A stretch of DNA of 64,000 nt from assembly GCA_964517135.1 (NCBI GenBank), contig CAZFBA010000008.1:40064-104063 (forward strand). The letters are read 5' to 3'. The stretch comes from an uncultured Gammaproteobacteria bacterium. GTDB lineage: Bacteria; Cyanobacteriota; Vampirovibrionia; JBFMGH01. A program made the position numbers and the translations under genes. Under the pieces are notes generated by a model. The model searched no databases and was not told the origin of the DNA. It worked only from the letters and a program-made list of their open reading frames with translations. Positions 59,742 through 64,000 of the stretch are shown one piece after another. Numbering within the stretch: position 1 is the stretch's first letter; each line of letters opens with the position of its first letter.

Positions 59742-60629
59742 TTAAACCTTACCTGCTTTTGCTTTGAGCAAACTTGCTGCTGTTTCACCGATAATAGCCG
59801 GGCTGTTACAGACAGTAATTCCTGCTGCAACGAGTGCGGCCATTTTATCTTTTGCTGTACCTTTGCCGCCTGAAATTATTGCGCCAGCGTGCCCCATTCT
59901 TCTTCCCGGAGGAGCAGTTTGTCCTGCAATGAAGCAAACAACAGGCTTTTTAACATTTGCTTTTATATATTCTGCTGCTTCTTCTTCTGCGGTTCCACCT
60001 ATTTCGCCGATCATGCAGATGATTTCAGTTTGAGGATCTGCTTCAAATGCTTTTATACAGTCAATAAAGTTTGTTCCTATTATAGAATCTCCTCCTATAC
60101 CAACGCAGGAAGATTGTCCGATACCCAGTTTGGTCAGCTGATAAACGACTTCGTAGGTTAATGTTCCGCTTCTGGATACTACACCAGCGATACCTTCTTT
60201 ATGTATATGTGCTGGCATTATTCCCATTTTGGCTTTGCCCGGTGAAATGATGCCGGGGCAGTTGGGCCCGATGAGTCTTGACGTACTCTGGTTTAATAGA
60301 TGTTTTACTTTCAGCATATCAAGGGCAGGGATCCCTTCTGAAATGCACACAATAAGTTCTATTTCAGAATATATTGATTCAATAATTGCGTCAGCAGCGA
60401 ATGCTGGTGGAACAAATATAAGGGAAGCACTAGCCTGTGTTGCTTCTTTTGCTTCCTTAACCGTATTAAATACTGGTAAGTCAAGGTGTGACATGCCACT
60501 TTTTCCGGGTACAACTCCTCCAGCAATCTTTGTGCCATAGTCAATACATTGTGTGCTGTGAAATGTACCTTCTTTACCGGTAAAACCCTGTACAATGACT
60601 CTTGTATCTTTATTTAAAAATATGCTCAT
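59742..60629 (-). CDS. sucD: Succinate--CoA ligase subunit alpha
   Basis: 295 aa; CoA-binding N-terminus ([13 protein letters not shown]), phosphohistidine loop region ([14 protein letters not shown]...GE), canonical sucC-sucD order. Confidence 0.9.
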   Translation of the reverse strand: MSIFLNKDTRVIVQGFTGKEGTFHSTQCIDYGTKIAGGVVPGKSGMSHLDLPVFNTVKEAKEATQASASLIFVPPAFAADAIIESIYSEIELIVCISEGIPALDMLKVKHLLNQSTSRLIGPNCPGIISPGKAKMGIMPAHIHKEGIAGVVSRSGTLTYEVVYQLTKLGIGQSSCVGIGGDSIIGTNFIDCIKAFEADPQTEIICMIGEIGGTAEEEAAEYIKANVKKPVVCFIAGQTAPPGRRMGHAGAIISGGKGTAKDKMAALVAAGITVCNSPAIIGETAASLLKAKAGKV

Positions 60630-60644
60630 AGTGTTTCCCCTTAA

Positions 60645-61802
60645 CTAGCTGACTGCCTGTGTTACCATTGTGGCTGCTTCTGCCATGGTATCTGCAACAG
60701 AAAATTTTAAATTTGAATTTTTTAGTATATTTTTGCCTTCTTCAACGTTTGTACCTTCCAGTCTAATTATGACAGGCAGGTTTACCTGTGATTTTTCTGC
60801 TGCTTCGACTACCCCTTTTGCGAGATTATCACACCGGAGTATGCCACCGAAGATGTTGATTAGAACAGCCCTGACATTTTTGTCTTTTAGCAGTATATTA
60901 AAGGCATTTTCAATACCTTCTACAGTTGCACCGCCCCCTACATCAAGGAAATTAGCAGGCGAGCTTCCAGCCAGTTTTATTATGTCCATTGTTGCCATGG
61001 CAAGCCCTGCACCATTGACCATACAGCCTACGTTACCATCTAGTTTGATGTAGTTCAGGCTATATTTAGAAGCTTCTACTTCTAGCGGATCTTCTTCATC
61101 AGTGTCTCTGAGTGCTTGAATATCTTTGTGTCTGTGTAAAGCTGAGTCGTCAAAATTTAATTTGGCATCCAGGGCTAAAATATGGTTGTCTTTAGTAAGA
61201 ACCAGCGGATTTATTTCAGCAAGACTACAGTCTTTTGAGATGAAAAGGTTATATAAATTAGCTATAAAACTCATGGCTTCTTTGTGTACTTCTTTTGGAA
61301 GATTAAGTTTGGTGACGATATTCCGTGCCTGAAAGGGTTTAAAGCCAATCATGGGGTTAATGTATTCTTTGATAATGAGTTCGGGTGTTTTAGCTGCTAC
61401 TTCTTCGATCTCCATTCCGCCGGCTGAACTGGCCATTATAACCGGGCATGCGCTTGATCTGTCAATGACAATGCCGAGATAGAGTTCTTTTTCAATTTCT
61501 TTGATTTCTTCAATTAGAATCTTTTTAACGATTTTTCCTTCGGTGCCGGTTTGTTTAGAGACAAGTTTCATTCCTATTAGTTCATTAGCAAACTTCTTAA
61601 CGTCTTCTTTTGTTTTAGCAAGTTTAATTCCACCTGCTTTGCCTCTCCCACCTGCGTGAACTTGTGCTTTTAAGACGCAAACATTACCCAGATTGTCTCC
61701 GATTTCAATGCTTTTTTCGGTTGTTTCTGCTACTTCTCCTGCTGGTACCGGTATACCAAATTCTTTGAGCAGGTTTTTTGCCTGATATTCGTGTACTTTC
61801 AT
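60645..61802 (-). CDS. sucC: Succinate--CoA ligase subunit beta
   Basis: Start at internal Met 61802 (MKVHEYQAKNLLKEFGIPVP, canonical SucC N-terminus) with GAGGA SD upstream; ATP-grasp and CoA-ligase domains. Confidence 0.9.
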   Translation of the reverse strand: MKVHEYQAKNLLKEFGIPVPAGEVAETTEKSIEIGDNLGNVCVLKAQVHAGGRGKAGGIKLAKTKEDVKKFANELIGMKLVSKQTGTEGKIVKKILIEEIKEIEKELYLGIVIDRSSACPVIMASSAGGMEIEEVAAKTPELIIKEYINPMIGFKPFQARNIVTKLNLPKEVHKEAMSFIANLYNLFISKDCSLAEINPLVLTKDNHILALDAKLNFDDSALHRHKDIQALRDTDEEDPLEVEASKYSLNYIKLDGNVGCMVNGAGLAMATMDIIKLAGSSPANFLDVGGGATVEGIENAFNILLKDKNVRAVLINIFGGILRCDNLAKGVVEAAEKSQVNLPVIIRLEGTNVEEGKNILKNSNLKFSVADTMAEAATMVTQAVS

Positions 61803-61920
61803 TGCTTTTTTCCTCTGAATCTCTTCCAATATTTTTTGATTATAACTTTAAAATGTTTGATTTTATACAATTTTTTAAATAAATTTTCGCAATTATTGAA
61901 GGATGTAAAGTCTTTGAGAG

Positions 61921-62892
61921 TTATTTATACGGATAAATTAGGGCAAATGTGCGGGGGAAGTTAGATGTTTTAAAAAATTTGGTCTGAAATGATAGTGTGT
62001 TAAATTCATCCGGACTTCCTGTGTCGATTTTGATTCTTGTTAGCCTGATTAAGCTATCCATAAGTTCTAATTTTGATATTGATGGTGGAATATCGTTATA
62101 CAGAAAAAGGTTATTTACTGGTTTTAATAATGGATAGGTGTTGAGATCGGGTTTAATGCTGCATAGAAAGCTTTTGTTGTTTATTGAACTGCTTTTAATT
62201 AGTATGCTTTTGCGTTTGGACATTTTTGAGGAGAATACGCCCCATATGCTTTTATTTTTGTATATTAATGCTATGTGATAAAGGTATATGTCTGATGAAA
62301 AGATATCCATGATGCCTAAATCACCTTCTATTAGTGCTGGTATAAAGAATGATTTAGAAAAAACTTCTTCCTGTGTTTTAGAGGAAATGATGCTATATGT
62401 TACAGGTGTATCAGGTAGAGGGAGTGAGTTTTCAGAATTAATACAGGTAAATTCTTTAATGGCAGGGATCATATCGTATATCCAGAGTCGTTTTTGCGTA
62501 TCTAGAAACAAAAAACCTGTATAAGAATCTTTAATAAATTCGTCTTTGTTGAAATTTTCTTGCCAGAGATTTAATATTTGCTTCTGTGCTGGGCTATCTT
62601 TAGCAAATAAGTCAATATCTTCTTCATCGACAGAGGTTATCTCTGCTATTCTGGGCTTTATTGTATTAATAAGAGCGATAACATCTCTCACTTTTGATTT
62701 AATGTCAAAAGTGATAATCTTATTCTGTTTGATGTTCAGGTTAAATTCTATCAGTAATTCTTTTTCATAATCTTCAAATTGTCTAAAGAGTTGAAAATAT
62801 TCATCTTTATCTTTATTGGTTAGACTTAAAGCAACTCCTGAAAGGCTGATAGAACTTTTATTAGAAAAAGCGAAACCGTTAACTTTAGTCAT
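61921..62892 (-). CDS. Hypothetical protein (323 aa)
   Basis: Long ORF 9 nt downstream of the zinc-ribbon ORF on the same strand (operon). No recognisable motifs. Confidence 0.5.
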   Translation of the reverse strand: MTKVNGFAFSNKSSISLSGVALSLTNKDKDEYFQLFRQFEDYEKELLIEFNLNIKQNKIITFDIKSKVRDVIALINTIKPRIAEITSVDEEDIDLFAKDSPAQKQILNLWQENFNKDEFIKDSYTGFLFLDTQKRLWIYDMIPAIKEFTCINSENSLPLPDTPVTYSIISSKTQEEVFSKSFFIPALIEGDLGIMDIFSSDIYLYHIALIYKNKSIWGVFSSKMSKRKSILIKSSSINNKSFLCSIKPDLNTYPLLKPVNNLFLYNDIPPSISKLELMDSLIRLTRIKIDTGSPDEFNTLSFQTKFFKTSNFPRTFALIYPYK

Positions 62893-62901
62893 AAAAATAG
62901 T

Positions 62902-63963
62902 CTATGGTTGTGTTTGAGTCTCTGGAAACTTAATATAGTTTGTTAATAGTATTTCTACGTTAAAACATACTGGTGCAACATTAGCACTGGGTACCATTTC
63001 TTCCAGTTTGTTTCTCCACCAGGTACCTATTTCAGATCTATTACTGACAATATATGCGTTATTGATTATAGCATTTGAGCATGCTTCTAAAAGTAATCTT
63101 GAAATTGCCATTCTTTCTGTAACATTGGGTGGTGTAATCAGCAACCAGTTTTCAGAGCTTGTTAAAGCTTGATATGCAAGGTACCATGTTTTAGGGTTTG
63201 TTTGTGGATTATTTATATCGACTGGATATAAATCCGGATAGGCAGCTGAGGAGCACTTTTTGCATATGCCTGCAACGGTGTTAGAATAGTTTTTCTGGAA
63301 GGTTTTAGTGCCGCATGCCGGGCAATAGAATATAGATGTTATTCCTCCAAGAGGGTAAATCTTCCAGTATTTGTCTGATGTAGCTTTTTTAATATCATTT
63401 ATACTGAAATCTGCTTCGCTTATGGATAGTAATTTTATGATTTCGCTATCATATCCTGAAACTATAATAACACCTGACTTTGGATATTTTGCCAGTAAGG
63501 TTTCCAGGCCGCTGAGTTCCTGAGAATTTTTATCAAGAGATTTTAAAAGTTTTGCTATAGTGTTTAGAAAGTCTGTATCGGGCTTTGTGTTAGGGTTTAT
63601 AGAAAGATTGTTTAGTGTGTTTCGCAGTTCCACAACAGCTTTTGTTTGTTCTGGAGTATTGATACTGTCAATAAATATGACAAAAGGGATATCAGGAGAC
63701 TTAACTTTCCCTATAGGAGCCATTTTGTGTGAGGTATATGCTGGAGAATCCTTTTTAGGTGATTCTGTTATGCCAGATTGTAGTGGCTGAGTGCTTGCTG
63801 GAGAAAGAACACTGTCAATTATATTTGTCATTTTGTTTATCAGATCTTCAGGTACATTTTCTTTTTTTGCGGTATCCATTACTTTATACCACTCTTGGAT
63901 TTCTGAAATAGTGGTTCCTGAGTTTATCAGTTCTATTGTCCTTGATAAACCATATTCAAACAT
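62902..63963 (-). CDS. Hypothetical protein with Cys4 zinc-ribbon (CPACG...CKKC); may extend beyond window
   Basis: 353 aa from Met at 63963; the frame stays open upstream to the window edge (64000), so the true start may be outside. Zinc-ribbon-like FYCPACGTKTF...GICKKCSS. Confidence 0.5.
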   Translation of the reverse strand: MFEYGLSRTIELINSGTTISEIQEWYKVMDTAKKENVPEDLINKMTNIIDSVLSPASTQPLQSGITESPKKDSPAYTSHKMAPIGKVKSPDIPFVIFIDSINTPEQTKAVVELRNTLNNLSINPNTKPDTDFLNTIAKLLKSLDKNSQELSGLETLLAKYPKSGVIIVSGYDSEIIKLLSISEADFSINDIKKATSDKYWKIYPLGGITSIFYCPACGTKTFQKNYSNTVAGICKKCSSAAYPDLYPVDINNPQTNPKTWYLAYQALTSSENWLLITPPNVTERMAISRLLLEACSNAIINNAYIVSNRSEIGTWWRNKLEEMVPSANVAPVCFNVEILLTNYIKFPETQTQP

Positions 63964-64000
63964 TTGCCAGTCTTTTCTTTTTAGAGCAACCTTTAGCCTT

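Noticed and set aside
1-64000. Search for CRISPR arrays, tRNA/rRNA genes, transposases or integrases
   Set aside because: No arrays of spaced direct repeats, no cloverleaf-compatible GC-rich 70-90-nt islands in the spacers, and no recombinase/transposase motifs seen; by-eye scanning only, so short elements could be missed.

Overview
AT-rich, densely coding bacterial chromosomal window with about 58 supportable protein-coding genes and no rRNA, tRNA, CRISPR array or transposase/integrase that I could recognise by eye. All calls rest on reading the supplied six-frame translations and the raw sequence; no database search or computation was run. Recognisable housekeeping content includes a RelA/SpoT N-terminus at the left edge, trxB, acyP, a DinG-like helicase, ruvB, miaB, hom-thrC, the conserved rimP-nusA-ylxR-infB-rbfA-truB operon, a PgpH-like HD protein with ybeY, trmFO, kdtA/waaA and sucCD. 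Accessory-looking content includes two pentapeptide-repeat proteins, GH8 and GH9 endoglucanases, a GT5-like glycogen synthase / GT41-like / GH57 cluster, two tandem CgeB-like paralogs, two two-component systems and a PBS-lyase-type HEAT-repeat protein. The pentapeptide-repeat, HEAT-repeat and GH57/GT5 content is compatible with a cyanobacteria-related or similar low-GC lineage, but that is inference only. The best candidates for an undescribed system are two operons of unrecognisable proteins: 43000-44223 (two genes isolated by unusually long AT-rich spacers) and 61921-64000 (two genes, one with a Cys4 zinc ribbon). Next are the unusual alpha-glucan cluster at 46978-53872 and a TPR protein carrying a matrixin-like motif with the catalytic Glu replaced by Gln. 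Several start codons appear to be TTG/GTG, so start coordinates are approximate.
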